Notes under the pieces: generated by a model
Database searches by the model: none
What the model saw: only the letters and a program-made list of their open reading frames with translations
Told to the model about the DNA's origin: nothing
Made by a program: the position numbers and the translations under genes
In this document: piece by piece, positions 1 to 12,709 of the stretch
Numbering within the stretch: position 1 is the stretch's first letter
How the letters are laid out: each line of letters opens with the position of its first letter
From: Saccostrea echinata
Lineage: Eukaryota
NCBI RefSeq assembly: GCF_033153115.1
Contig: NW_026889761.1
Location: 7,688,001 to 7,752,000 of the forward strand
DNA length: 64,000 nucleotides
Direction of reading: 5' to 3'

Positions 1-1658
1 GGAAATTCTACAGAAAGAAATGTCAAAGTTCTCAAGGGAAAGAAGAGGCTCAAACGTTTTCCCCATTACATCCTTCTCCAGGTCTAGGCCGATGTCATTG
101 TGGGATATATTTATTTTTTTTATTTGTCCACCATCTTTGAATAATAATGGGGATAAGTGGGAGCAAAAATTATTTGAAATGTCCAATGTTATTAGGTTAT
201 TTGATGATTTAATGTAAACAGGACCTTCGAAAGAGTACAGAAAGTTATTATGTATGTTTACAATCCGAAGACTCGGTGCAGAGACTGAAAAGTTTGGAAC
301 CTTGAGATGAATTTGACTGGAGTAAGCGTATATTTCTTCAAGATTTGGTGGGAAATCCCAGGTCACAATCTGATCACTGCCGATTATTTTAGAAGTGTGG
401 CTATTTGCAACTTCATGGCAGTGGAAATCATCATTATACGATTCTTTCTTCACCTTACATTTATCTATAATGGAATAAGGAAACTTTGGTGGATGCTTCT
501 GGACGCTCATGTTGAACACTCGCAAGTTTTCTAGAGTACTAAATTCTAGTACGTAAAGCGCAGTTGTTAGTTTGTTTTCGGCAAACCATAATATCTCTAA
601 TGTTTTCGGTAGATTGCGTGCGACTCCTGGTTCTAAAATTTCCAATCGGTTACTGGCTACATATAATTCTGTAAGGTTAGTATATTTGAGAGAAAGAAGA
701 TGATGACATTTTATTTCTGTTCCAACTCCCGCTATACAATTAACTCCATTAATATTCAGAGATTTAATTTTGGTTTTGTTCAAATGATAAGTTACATTAG
801 GCATAGATGCAAAGCCTAACTGACGATTGTAGGAAATATTAAGATGCTTTAATTTTGGCATGTTACTAAACGATCCCTTATCAATATCATTTACATTGCA
901 GTAGGAAAGATCCAAAACCCCAAGGAACCGCAAATTTGAGAACATTTTCGAATCAATATATTCAACAATACAATTGCCTGCAATCCCAGACATATCTAAA
1001 ACTTTAAGATTCCTTAAACGCAAGAAACTTTTCCCAAACCTTGTGTTTGGTATTCCATTCATTTTTATGGTTGAAATAGAAGAAAGATTTGCAAAAGCGT
1101 CTCCTGGAAAAACTATAGTATTTTTCTTGTCGCTGTTTCTCTTTATGTTATGCACTTCTAAGGGAGAGAGTGATTGAAATAGTTTCTCATAAATTAAATT
1201 TTCCAGTTGATTTCCCTCTAGGTTCAAAAACCGAAGTTTTGTTAAACGTTTGAAAGGATTACCTTTTACAGTTGTTAAGTTATTTTCAGATAAATCGAGA
1301 TAAATCACCTTTTCTGGCAGTTTAATACTTTTTGACTGAATCGTCTCGATCTTATTTTTACTTAGGTCTATCCACGTGATGCTGTCGTTCATATTTGGTA
1401 TAACACTAAGATTCCGTTTTGAACAATTCACACGAATTCCCATTTCATAAGGAATACAAATACACTCAATGCTATTGAACCAACATGGATTTTTCTCACC
1501 TGCATCACTTTGAAAAACCTCAATAAACATAGACACAGACAAGAATTGATGCCTTGCTATTCATTGTAGAGTTTGCTGCGAAAATCGTCCTACATGCTGT
1601 GTGCTTTCAAGTGTAATACTGTGAGTGCTTTCTCATTTAACTTGTCTGCCTTTACCAT
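1..1658 (-). pseudogene. TLR subfamily A (A1-like), 3' part outside window; signal-peptide region frameshifted, rest open from internal ATG at 1530
   Basis: Colinear with TLR-A1: 1530->1 matches 52379->50850, both 1530 nt, translating MFIEVFQSDAGEKNPCWFNSIECIC...ENFDISFCRIS. The upstream ATG 1658 frame stops after 22 codons. The signal-peptide ATG (~1564) frame stops after 14 codons because of an 8-bp deletion at ~1539. Upstream 1660-2020 is paralogous to 52520-52905. Confidence 0.8.
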
Positions 1659-2109
1659 GAATGATAAACAAGCGCTCGGTTGTGAATGAGGAAGTTTAAA
1701 TGGTATAATGCATGTGCTACTAGAGTAAACACTTCACGCTGTAAGAAGTTTATTATATAGTTTATTATATATTCATTCTGATACTTCTAACATGCTTTGC
1801 TTGTCTCACGTACCATTTACATTCTATAGCACTTTCGGGACAAAGCTTTACTCGCGAACCAACAATTCACCAGTTTCAAATCAATCAGCTCCTGATACAA
1901 GCATCCTAGTTGGATACAATGCCTGAGCAGTTATTCAGAAAATTTGAAAAAGATGATATAGATTTAATTCAAACAAATACATTACCTTGTTTTGTTATTT
2001 CAGTGTATTTTATAGATGAACTATCAAAGGAAACATTAGTAAATTCAGTGACAGAGAGAATAACATGGTAGTGGCCCAGAGATAACTCTAAGACTAACCT
2101 TTCCATTGG

Positions 2110-2990
2110 AATCTGGACTTTAATGCTTCTAAAGAGTTCTCAGCCACAACTCACCACAACTCTTGACGAAATGTTGGAAAATGACCAGATTGATGTCAAC
2201 GTCTATGGGACTATCAACACTATTGTATGTAGACCAGGACAATTATACCTGCTTCAAAAGAAGATATGTATCCAAGGTCGCATTATGGACATCCCGCATC
2301 CCACGGGTGGGGGGGGGGGGGGTCTGTGAGTATATTGATTTACATCTCCGTCAACTTGTTATTATCTTGCCATCCTATCTCAAGGACACCACAGATTATA
2401 TAAACAAGACGCTCTCCACTGATCTTCCAGATCATATTCCCCTCCAGAGAATGGACGTTACATCATTGTACAAAAACCTTCCGCACGATTAGGGTATTGG
2501 TGGCTGAGGAGAAGTGTGGGAAGAAGAATTCCTTTAACATGTTTTCAGGTTTACCAATTTCATGTTTATTGGAAAAGTCTAAATGGAAAAGTCAATATCT
2601 TCATGGGCAGACTTGAACGCAGCTTGTTACTTCAGGTAACGTTTAGGCCCCTTAACTTCTTACATTACCTACAAGTCAATGGCACCGCTATGGGCACTAA
2701 ATTTGTCCTAACATATGCCAATGTCTTCCTAGGTAGACTTGAATGCAGCTTTTTACTTCACGTACCGTTTAAGCCCCTTAGCTAAATGCCTTTTATTGAC
2801 GATGAAGTGGATGGAATGCCGCGACATTCGTTTTCTTTGCTTAATTCTTCCACCAATTGCGATCGATTAAATTTACTGTAGCAATATCATATTCTAAAAA
2901 TGTATTCTTCAATACTACATCTACCCTAATTGATGTTCAGTCTACATACAAAACCCACTGATTTCCACCTGTGTCCTGCCCCGTCAAACA
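2110..2990 (+). mobile_element. Degenerate Penelope-like retroelement RT fragment (Penelope/Neptune-type)
   Basis: Translated motifs [49 protein letters not shown] and a YTKPTD-like segment. Frameshifts present; small internal duplication (~2590-2660 vs ~2715-2780). Confidence 0.8.
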
Positions 2991-3024
2991 GAAAACTGCA
3001 TACAACTCGTCAGCTGCAAGGTGT

Positions 3025-3410
3025 ATGAAACTTATGGAGATAACGAAAAGTATTCAAGCTCAAAAGTCAATACAATTCAACAATACAAAATAGGAGCAAA
3101 GCAAACACGGACCTCCGAAACATCAGAGGTGGGATCAGGTGCCACGGAGGAGTGAGCATCCCCTGCCGACCGGTCACACCCGCCATGTGCTCCTTGTCAT
3201 GATCGGGAAATAATAGAAAAATGCGACGACAATTCAGTGTGTAAATAATGGCCTAACAATTCGTATGAAAAACATCAGTCAGCAATTGACTCAATGATAA
3301 ATTGTATTTGCTGACAAGGTTATTGTATCGACCATAGAACTTACGAAATGATGACTTTAAACGAGACTACTGATATTCTTGTTTCATCAACTTGTTTGTC
3401 AATAATTTAA
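3025..3410 (-). mobile_element. 3' end fragment of the second PLE family (same family as 8752-16644)
   Basis: Reverse complement aligns to ~16270-16644, including the GGAGCAC..GGCGGGTGTGACCGG..GGCACCTGATCCCACCTCTG module. Confidence 0.85.
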
Positions 3411-4164
3411 CGTGACATGAATTTAATTTAATTTCTGATTTTGACAGACAAGACTATTCTCTCCATATATTCTCTCCATATAGTGTAAACTTTACAGTTA
3501 ATTCGCATTATCAATTCTTGAATAGCCCACGTACACACTTGTATTTATTGATGTAAATATAACGGTCGAATGGGACGTTAAACAACATACATGCGATCAG
3601 TCAATCCAATTTTGATGATATAATCTTGAAGGCCTACCGAATTCTGCTTGCTTTGTAATGGACTCAAGTCTATCTCCAGTAGGTTCACCGTCACTATCCA
3701 CGGTTTCGTTGAATCTCTCGCCACACATCAGTTTATCAGCTGCAACAATTGTCTCTGATGATGTTGTAGAAGGGGGCGACAACTGTATCACTCGGTTCCA
3801 GAAATTACGATATCTGAACAGGTATTTTGCTTCTATATTTGGATTTTAAAAAAGATAACCATAAACCTCCGCTTATTGTTTTCATAAAACGTACATATTT
3901 TAGAACTTTTATACCCTAATTGACCTTTAACGTTGACATAAGTTGCTCATCACTATTAAATGAAACTGACGTCGAAATACTGTCGTTGTAATTCTGATAG
4001 TACATGTAGGTATGTTTTTTTTTCAAACAATATCTTTAAGCTAATTCAGAGTATAATTCTATAAAGTAATATAATACACATATATATAGATATAATTTCA
4101 TAAACGCAGTCAAAGCTCAAAGATAATGATTTTATTTTAACGGAAACACTTTTTTGAAGCGTAG

Positions 4165-5705
4165 AAAACTGATCTTTCTTTATCTCCTGTCTAACACTGG
4201 TTGTCCAAAACTTTCCTTAGAGTATTCCAAATAATAACCCTTCTAGATAAAATAACGAGCTCTCTGAAAATACTTCGACTTGCATACATCTTGCATTAGG
4301 ATTTAGTGTACAAAATATAATGTTTTTCTCGGTTTAACTCCTTCCATCCTTGTCATATTTATATCATAGTTCTGCCAGTCGGATTCCAGAAAGCTTGTGA
4401 GAACAACTCTGATAGTTCTAGAACTATTCCATAGCATTATTTGCGAACTTCGGTTCTTTATCTCAGTTGGCCATTTGTATCATTTCTTCTTTTACTAATG
4501 ATACATCATTAGATATGTAAGCGTCGAATTGGAAAGTCTCACTGCTTCCACTTGATTCAAGGCGGTGATATCCCCTTTATTTCCTGTCTGCTATATATCG
4601 TATTTAACGTATTTTACAACGGTAGCATGCAATAAGTGTGACAACCAAAGTACATCCAATACAAATGATAATATACCAGATCAAGTATGATTAACATTTT
4701 TTGTTCATTTTATTCACTGATTTCTGAAGATTTTGAACATGATGAGATTCATCCAAGCAGAAAAAATTTCCGAAACCTTTGAACTTTGGACAAAATGTTA
4801 TTACCAAGTGCAAGAAGTTTGTGTTTTTGCAAATGCCAGAATGACGATTTTTGGTTATTATAAGTACATGTTAAGAATTCAGACTTGAAAATGCTAATCA
4901 AAACAGCCAGTGGAAGTGAGAGTCTGTATGCTCTTACTGACAGATCTAGAAATGTTAAATTTTTTATCTGAAATGTTTTCACACACCCAATTATAAAGCC
5001 GGTTGCCTTGAAGCAATAATTGCTTGATATTTGTGACATGAATAGATATTTGCTTTTATAGATATTTCATATTATTATTAAATATGTATAAGAATTCCAG
5101 GTTTACCTGATTTTGTGAAAATTAATCATTTAAAACCAAAGATAAGCTTTCTGCAAAATTATTGCCTCTGAAATTCAATGCTATAACCAGATATGGAAAA
5201 GTATGACAGGAATTCTGTTGAAATATTACAGATTCCAATTTATAAATCGGACCTTTCCATGAATAGCAAATCTTGTTTTTCAACTATCACATATGGATAA
5301 AACGAAACATAAGGTACGAAAGGTGTATCTTTTGCCTTTTCATAATCTAAATGCAAATATTGCCTGTTCTTTTTTATATGAATTTGTTTCTGAATGAAAC
5401 CCTTCCAAACGTTTTGGGCAAGGAAGTACGTCTTGATTCTACGCAAATCTTAAATACTTTGTCTATTCTACTTGGTGGGTACAGCTGCAAACTAACATTT
5501 AACTCTTTCGGTAAGCGAAATTCAAAAGCATATAACCCCAGCGACAGTCTGTTATTTGCCAGGGAGAGTTTTCCGGCGGTTTTAGGTAGATGAGACTTTT
5601 CCCAATCCATTGTTTATGAATTCCTTCTAAATTAAACCCTTTTAATGGTTGCGTTCAAGTTCCTTTGAAGCACCTAATGTTTTCCAAGTGCAACTTCTTA
5701 TAATG
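4165..5705 (-). pseudogene. TLR subfamily B pseudogene (LRR-TM-TIR remnants, N-terminus absent)
   Basis: Patchy similarity to 35035-36850: LSLANNRLSLGLYAFEFRL, YLHLDYEKA, KNLTFLDLS, YLIWYII TM remnant and TIR remnants ESDWQNYDI/MTRMEGV. Many deletions, frameshifts and stops. Confidence 0.85.
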
Positions 5706-7239
5706 AAAAACACTATAAGGTCATTAGAAATAAAAAAAAATCTTGGTTGCTATGGAAACAAATATATTTTCACTCATTTTTGTTAGAAATGAGATATGGT
5801 AAAAGACCGGTAGAGCTAATGCAATAGTAAGGTGTCCCTTGTTCGTTCGTCTGTCTACGCAGTACTGTTAAGGAACTATGAAGAAATCAATGGTATATAA
5901 AAAGCACAAAAAGATACCCTTTTTAAACTGAACTAGTTATTTTTGTAAAGCTATTATATTATCAAATGACTAATATAAATTAAAATAACACAGTATACCC
6001 TACTCTGTATTCAATAAATCTTGCCACAAAGAGAGACTTAGGCAAGGATTATTATTCTATTTATTCATGTTGCAAAGGTATGTCTAAGTGCTAGATTTCC
6101 CTTCGTTTGTCATAAGTACAAACTAGTAGAACTACAATCTCGTCAGAGACTTCTGGTTCAGCTTGTCTGGAATCTTTCAATTCGTAATTTGCGTTAGCTA
6201 ATCCTTACAGACAGAAGAATTCTTGTTGCCGGGGAAACAAGATTGCATGTTTTTTTTTTTTTTACTTATCGAGAACATACACATATGCTCTTATACAAAC
6301 TGTTGCATAATGTATACTTTCAAACATCAGTGCCCAGTTGATATAGTTCTGCTTTGCATTCAACGTCAATAAATTGGTGTAGATAACATTTCGAGTGTCA
6401 TGGCGATATTTTTTTCTTTTGGAATTTGGCATAAGATATTGAACATAATGAAAAACATGCTTTGTGCCTTTTTACATCTTAACCGATCGTTAACAAGAGG
6501 AAATATTCCTGAAATATAGGAATAGAAATGATAATTTGTTTTTGTCCGATCAATTATTTGCGACATTAAACTATTGAGCTCAAAGTTAAGACATGGGAGT
6601 TAAGGTAAAATATATGCATGTTTTCTTTGATTCGTATAATTTTTATCTATTCTAAATCATAATATATTCAAATTCATCGACAATTTTTCATTATTTCTTA
6701 AAATACTGATCGCTGTTAATCAAATTAAAAGGAAAAAAAAAATAAGTAGTGAATTTCGGGTTTTTGAAGCCAATATAATAAATCAATTAATTGGAAATGT
6801 CATTTTTTTTTTAAAAAATTAATACATTGTGGAAAATTATTTCACAATGGAAGTAAAATTTAGAAATTGCATGAATCTAGAAACGTACATGTATGTAAAA
6901 AATTATTGCCTAAACACAATTTCTTAATGAATGAAACTGATAAATTCTACTTTTTAAAATTTTTTGTTTAATCTTATGATGGAAATACCTATATATATTA
7001 TATATACACATGTACCTATATGGATATCGAAACTAAAATTGTCTCCTTTTGTGAATACTTTAACAATTGCAACCAATGTGGAAATTAATATTGCCCATAT
7101 GCATATTTTCTGCATTTTCACTAACCTTAATCTCTGTATTAATAGAGATATATTTTCATTGCCTCAGAAAAGTTTACCAAGTAATAAGAGATCAATGACA
7201 CTCAAAATGTTTAATCCTCGTGTGACATTTATAATTGAT

Positions 7240-7588
7240 TAATTGATTGTATATTGTTTTACCTCCCTTTCGAAAATTTTTCACTCATTGAGAGACGACA
7301 CCATATAACAGTGAAGGGCTTCAAATTTTGACCTTTGCTCGGTACCTAGGGCTATTGAGAAGTGAGAGTTCTTTATTGTGCCAACGTCTACAGTGACATG
7401 GGACCTCAGTTTTAAAGGCCTCACCCAAAAGACCCGTGACTTTCACTTCAAGTGACGGGCGCTTGGCGAAGGAAAAGCCACTGATCTATGTTTACGTCTA
7501 AGGTTTGACGTGGCGCGTTGAACAAGAATCGAACCCAAGCCTCCCGATCACGAAGCGAACGCCTTACCACTAGGCTACCGTGACCGGT
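7240..7588 (-). mobile_element. tRNA-derived SINE (Nin/Deu-like core)
   Basis: On the minus strand: A box (TAGCCTAGTGG), B box (GGTTCGATTC), core ..AAACTGAGGTCCCATGTC.. and tail GAGTGAAAAATTTTCG shared with the other copies. Confidence 0.8.
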
Positions 7589-8309
7589 CTGTGGCATTCA
7601 CGTGTTTTGAAATAAACCAGTTTGAGGATTTATATGTTTATTATTACATGTTTTATTGATTATCTGTATTTACAGATGGTAATTTTATTGAAACCAGCTC
7701 AATAACGTAGTTTTTCTAGTCTATGATTTTTGTGTACCACTCTAGATTATCATGTGTTAATGAATATGAATGGAAATTTGCAGCGATAAATTTCTCACGT
7801 TTTGCAAAAACTTCCGTGTTGAATCTGTGATTGTTGACATTTAAAGCGGAACCGTTTCGGCGCCTTTAATCTAAATATTTGCCCTTCCATCAACTTTGAA
7901 GGAAAGTTAAATGATGGCAACGATTACCGATGCAAATCATTAAGGGATTAATCGGCAAGCTAAAAAAACCCCCTTCAAATAAAGAATCCTTATTCCGTAA
8001 TATTTGACTATGAGTAGCTTCCATAGAATAGAAAGTCCAGACCAGGGACCTTTCCACAAAAAACATTTTTTTTTCATTATCCTCCAAAATCGGTTCTTAT
8101 ACAGCTCCCATTAAAAATCTATTTCGAATTCTTTTTGTACTATGTTTGTTAGCGATTTCTCATAATAATAAAATGTCATGTATATATAGGAAAATAATTA
8201 TCCAACATAATTGACTCAATTAATCAAATAAATGTCCGTTTTCTTTTCATTTTACTATGTACAGTGATGCGACAGGAAAGAGTATTTCAATAAATTTTTG
8301 AGATTTAAT

Positions 8310-8685
8310 AAAGTTTATACTTTTGACACTCATACTTTACTCTGGGGGGATACTTACAATTTACGGCTCGCAAATATGGAATGAATTGCCAGAATTTTTA
8401 AGTGTAATCCCACATTACAAAGTTTTAAATCAGCATATATAAGAAATTATTTTCAGTCTACAAACTAACAAAAAAGTGCCAAATTGGAAGTTTTACATTA
8501 TATCATGTGTAAATATTATTTTTATTAGACCACGCTTTTTTCATATTCTTTAATATTTATTTGTTTCTGTACATACTCTTGCTGTCTGTATAAACGTTTT
8601 CAGGACCACAATGTAACTAGTTTTCTAAACTAATTGTGCTATCCTGTATAAATAAAGGACATTATTATTATTATTGTTATTATAA
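8310..8685 (+). mobile_element. LINE (CR1/L2-like) 3' end
   Basis: G.QIWNELP C-terminal RT motif at ~8364-8392; AATAAA followed by an (ATT)n tail at ~8651-8685. Confidence 0.6.
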
Positions 8686-8984
8686 TTACTGCACTCAAAA
8701 TTACTGAAAATGAATATCTATTTTCTATTGTACATTCTTGTATTCAGCATTCTGGGAGATTCAATTGATCTCATATCTAATCACTAATTTTAAAAGGTCC
8801 TAAATATATGGAACCCCAATCCTTCAACTGGCGTCGGAATTTCATAAATATTATGGAGTCTGTAGAGGATTTCGCCAGGCGATGGGCCAGAAAAGAAGAC
8901 CTTGACACTTTGTCAGAATGGATTAAATGTATTAGATGTATGTTAAAATCGCGCATTAAAAATTTGAGGGGCAATATGAGAACC

Positions 8985-9099
8985 ATGAAATATATGGAGA
9001 TAACGAACAGTATTCAAGCTCAAAAGTCCATTAAACAATACAAAATAGGAGCAGAGCAAACACGGACATCTAAACATCAGAGGTGGGATCAGGTGCCAT
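8985..9099 (-). repeat. Inverted 115-bp copy of the host element's own 3' end
   Basis: Reverse complement of 16530-16644 with about 3 mismatches. CCAT occurs at both junctions; removing the insert restores R-T-I-Y-P-S-V-F. Confidence 0.9.
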
Positions 9100-9477
9100 C
9101 TATCCTTCTGTATTCAATAATCCAGTAGTTAAAAAAGAATAAGAGAGATTACATGATCAGTACATAATGGTCCCTTCTAACAAAGCAGGTAACAACATTG
9201 TCTTTGTTTGTAAGGCTCATTAAATTAAATGTATTTTAGAGGAACTTGGATTTAATTCTACATGTGGTAATCCAACTTATGCTCATAGTTCCCTTTCTAG
9301 GGAAGAAATTCTTCAAAATGTCAGTTTTGAATATTTTTAATATTCCCAACAACCAAAATGAATTTGAATTACCATATCTATACTGGATTCTGAAACTTCT
9401 TAAAAACCCTAACAAACAAAGATACATAGCGGGTTCCAGTAAATGTTCAACCAAGCCTTTCTTTACTCTTCACTAAG

Positions 9478-9494
9478 CACAGGATGAATTTACA

Positions 9495-9526
<32 letters not shown>

Positions 9527-9626
9527 CTGGAAAGGTCACTGAATGACAGAGCTCTGCCATTCAGTCATCTTTCAGTAGACTTTCAGTTACCTTTTAGTTA
9601 ACTAAATGGCAGCGTTTCATCCTGTG
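9478..9626. mobile_element. 149-bp palindromic MITE with CACAG termini and 3-bp TSD AAG (CMC/Chapaev-like)
   Basis: TIR CACAGGATGAA/TTCATCCTGTG; AAG at 9475-9477 and 9627-9629; centre CAGAGCTCTG; excision restores host LLFTKILTVVKE. Confidence 0.9.
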
Positions 9627-10345
9627 AAGATATTAACTGTAGTGAAAGAGAAACTTCAAGAATACTGTGCAACAATATATTCGAGAAGTAGTGTAAATCA
9701 GATGTAGATATTTAAAAATTCCAAGGAACTTCTGGAAAATTTGAAATCACAAGATTTTACCAAAATCAACAGCTTAAAAACTTACGACTTTTAAACTTTA
9801 TACACAACCATTCCCCACAATAAATTAAAGTCCAGGCTTTTTGATATCATTGACAGCTGCTTTTTCAATAAAAATGGAACTCGTAAATTTACTTACCTTG
9901 TCATTGGTCATTTGCAAAATTATTTTGTTAAAAAACATTCTGATTGTAATACAAGTACTCTGAAGTTGATATTAGTAGATGCTTGAGTTTTTGATTGACA
10001 ATATCTATGTGGTTTTTAGAGACGAGGTCCCGGGGCCACGAACGTTTTATTTTACTCAACTCAAATCAGAGTTTAACTCTAAGTTTTTTACTCACCTGAG
10101 TTACGACTCAAAAAAGTGTGCCACGAAAGTTAAAGCAACTCAACTCCGTTGAGTAACAAAACTCAAATTATTTTGTATGATGTAAGTGGCCTTGGCAATG
10201 TAAATAAAAGAAAAATAAATAATGAAAAACATAATCTCTTTGTTTTCCTTTTGAATCTACCTCTATAATGCCAATTCACATAATTGTGACGTAATATTTT
10301 TTGTTTTGATGACGTTGCAAACTACGGAACGGCTGTCTCACCAAT

Positions 10346-11542
10346 ATGGAAGAAATGGATGTACTGTATGATATCATAGTTGAAAATCCTTCCAAAATTA
10401 ACGAAACAATATTCAAGGCTGTCGAAACTCCCCTCGCAGCATCCACTCCAAAAAGGAAACCTTCCTGGAGCGACTTAGACAGAGTGTTTTAATTGAATTT
10501 GTTTCAAAAAATGAGCAGAAACTTTTTGGAAAGTTTAAAGGACCGGGGAGGGGAAAAGTAGAGAGAGAAGCTGCCTGGGAGGATGTAGCAAGAGCTGTAA
10601 ACGAGTATGTTTATTTCAAAGAATTATTTATAAATTTTCTTACCTTGATAATTTATTTAATACATTTTAAAAATTCTATAAAGTTTAAAATTATTCTTGC
10701 TTGTATCTTGTTAAGTTAAATTATAGATTTATTCAATTTATGAGCTTTTTATTTAGTTAATAACACGTCATCTGCGAAGACTTTGAACAGACTATATATG
10801 ATGCACAAATAGAAAGTGCTCATAAAAGAAAAAAAGAAAATAAATGTCAGGTCCATTTTCCATATAAACTTAGCATAGTGATAATATATCATACAGCAAT
10901 GGCTTAGCATAAAAGATTGTACTATTTATAACCCGGGCTACCCTTCCCCTTTTTAAAGATTTTCACTGAAACAAGGATTAAAGCGCAAAGAAATTTTTTC
11001 AGTTAATTTAATTTACTTTTCATATTGATATTTTTTAAATGTGAAAAAACTTGCAAATTACTTATGTGTGTCATGGAGGTGGATTTGATGAGCGCACATG
11101 CAACCCCCCCCCCCCCTCCATCTAGGAAGTCTTCATAAAACTTATCATATTCATTCCATACTGAAGCGTTGCAAGTATTGAGCTAGATTTCTTTTCACAA
11201 CTTATTTCCGGTTTATTTCTGTTACAGAGTAGGTATTTACTTTCGGACAGGGAAGGAGGCATCAAAGCAGTATGCCAATTTGAAAGCCAGAGGTACACAT
11301 CTAAAAATCATTTACTTTTTGTTATTCTGACTATATTCTGAATACAAAGCACATTTCAGTTAAAAAATCAAACCTTGTCTTTTATCTTTTTAGCATCGTT
11401 TCATAATATATATGTACATGTATCGGTAACAGGCGCGGATCCAGGAATTTTTTCCAGGGTGGGTCAATCCCCAATCAAAAAATTTCCAACCTAGAAATGT
11501 CTTGACAAGCCAAAAAACAAAAAAAAACAAAAAAAAAAAAAA

Positions 11543-11573
<31 letters not shown>

Positions 11574-12615
11574 AAACAAAACAAAACTAAACAAAAGCAA
11601 TCTAAAATCCATTTCCCCAACGTGAAAAAAAAAATTGTGGTGGTGATGGGGTCCATGTTTTCTAGAGGGGGTCCAAATTCGTTTTTTACTTGCTTCAGTA
11701 TATACTTTTAATAACTCTGCAAATTCTGGACCCCCCCAACCCCCCTCTAGATCCGCGCATTGGTAACGCTCTTTTATTTACAACGGAGTCTCTAAATGAA
11801 ATAAAGAGTTTGACAAGCTAAAATAAATTTTATTATTATTATTGTTCTTAACGTAGCAAAGGACAAACTGTCCCAAATTAAAAGACCCAAGACAGGTGAA
11901 GGTCCAAAGCCCCCATCACCAACCCCTGTTGAGCAAGCCATGTTGGATACTTTGGAGGGAAGGCCGTCCTTGCAGGGATTAGACTCAGGTTTTGATTCTG
12001 GTGGTAAAAATACTTTCTTGATGTAAATGAAATACATGTAACCACCTTTAGAAATAACCTTAATACTATTTCTAGAAATTTTATATTACTATATTGGATA
12101 TATACGCAGTTCGTAAATCAAGTGAAAAAAAGCATATATATATATATATATATTTTACTATTAACTGAATTAAGGAACTAGTAAGTTGATAAAACTTTTT
12201 TCTGATCCTTTTGATTGGCAAAAAATATGTTCAAAACAAACAAAAGTGTTACGGGGCGCTCAAAGTTACTCATATTTTTATTTATGCATCATTGAAGAGT
12301 TACATCATCCTGTTTTAACAGAATTAGAGAAGGAAAGGGATCAGGTGGCATCCATCTCAACATGCAGCGAGGGTCAAGATTCATCTTCAGACACATACAC
12401 CTCAGTGCCACCTCGCTCTAATAAAGAAAACAAAAAGGAACAGAGTTTATTAATTCTACAGAAAGATCTTCTCAAGACAGAAAAGAGAAAGTTAGAGTTA
12501 GAAATGGAGCTGATGCATTTGAAGAAAAAGAAGATGTTAGAGGAAGTTGAATTTTAAGTCTAGAAAAAGAGAAGCTAAAAGAAGAAATATTGTTATTGAA
12601 GTTGAAAAAGAATTA
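10346..12615 (+). pseudogene. Harbinger Myb/SANT-like (trihelix, NAIF1/MSANTD-type) DNA-binding protein, 4 exons, with 1-bp frameshifts
   Basis: Exons 10346-10604, 11228-11292, 11857-12003 and 12322-~12615 with GT-AG junctions in matching phase. Translation: KRKPSWSDL/.../LIEFVSKNEQKLFGKF...EAAWEDVARAVNE-VGIYFRTGKEASKQYANLKAR-AKDK...KTGEGPKPPSPTPVEQ...GFDSG, then a coiled coil. Frameshifts at ~10478 and probably ~12553. Confidence 0.85.
11430..11761. mobile_element. MITE in intron 2 of the Myb-like gene, with a poly-A-rich interior
   Basis: TIR CAGGCGCGGATC / GATCCGCGCAT(T); flanking duplication GGTAA at 11425-11429 and 11762-11766. Confidence 0.7.
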
Positions 12616-12709
12616 AATAAAACGTAGTTTTATAAATGCAAATAAATCATCAATGAAATTTTATGTTTTAGTATATATATCTATTTAAATATCGATTCTA
12701 TTTACGTAT

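Noticed and set aside
3597-3849. Short GC-richer ORFs between the edge TLR and pseudo-B
   Set aside because: No recognisable domain or convincing gene structure.
11390-11711. Poly-F / poly-K ORFs (also 18115-18378 and 24748-25024)
   Set aside because: Translations of A/T homopolymer tracts.
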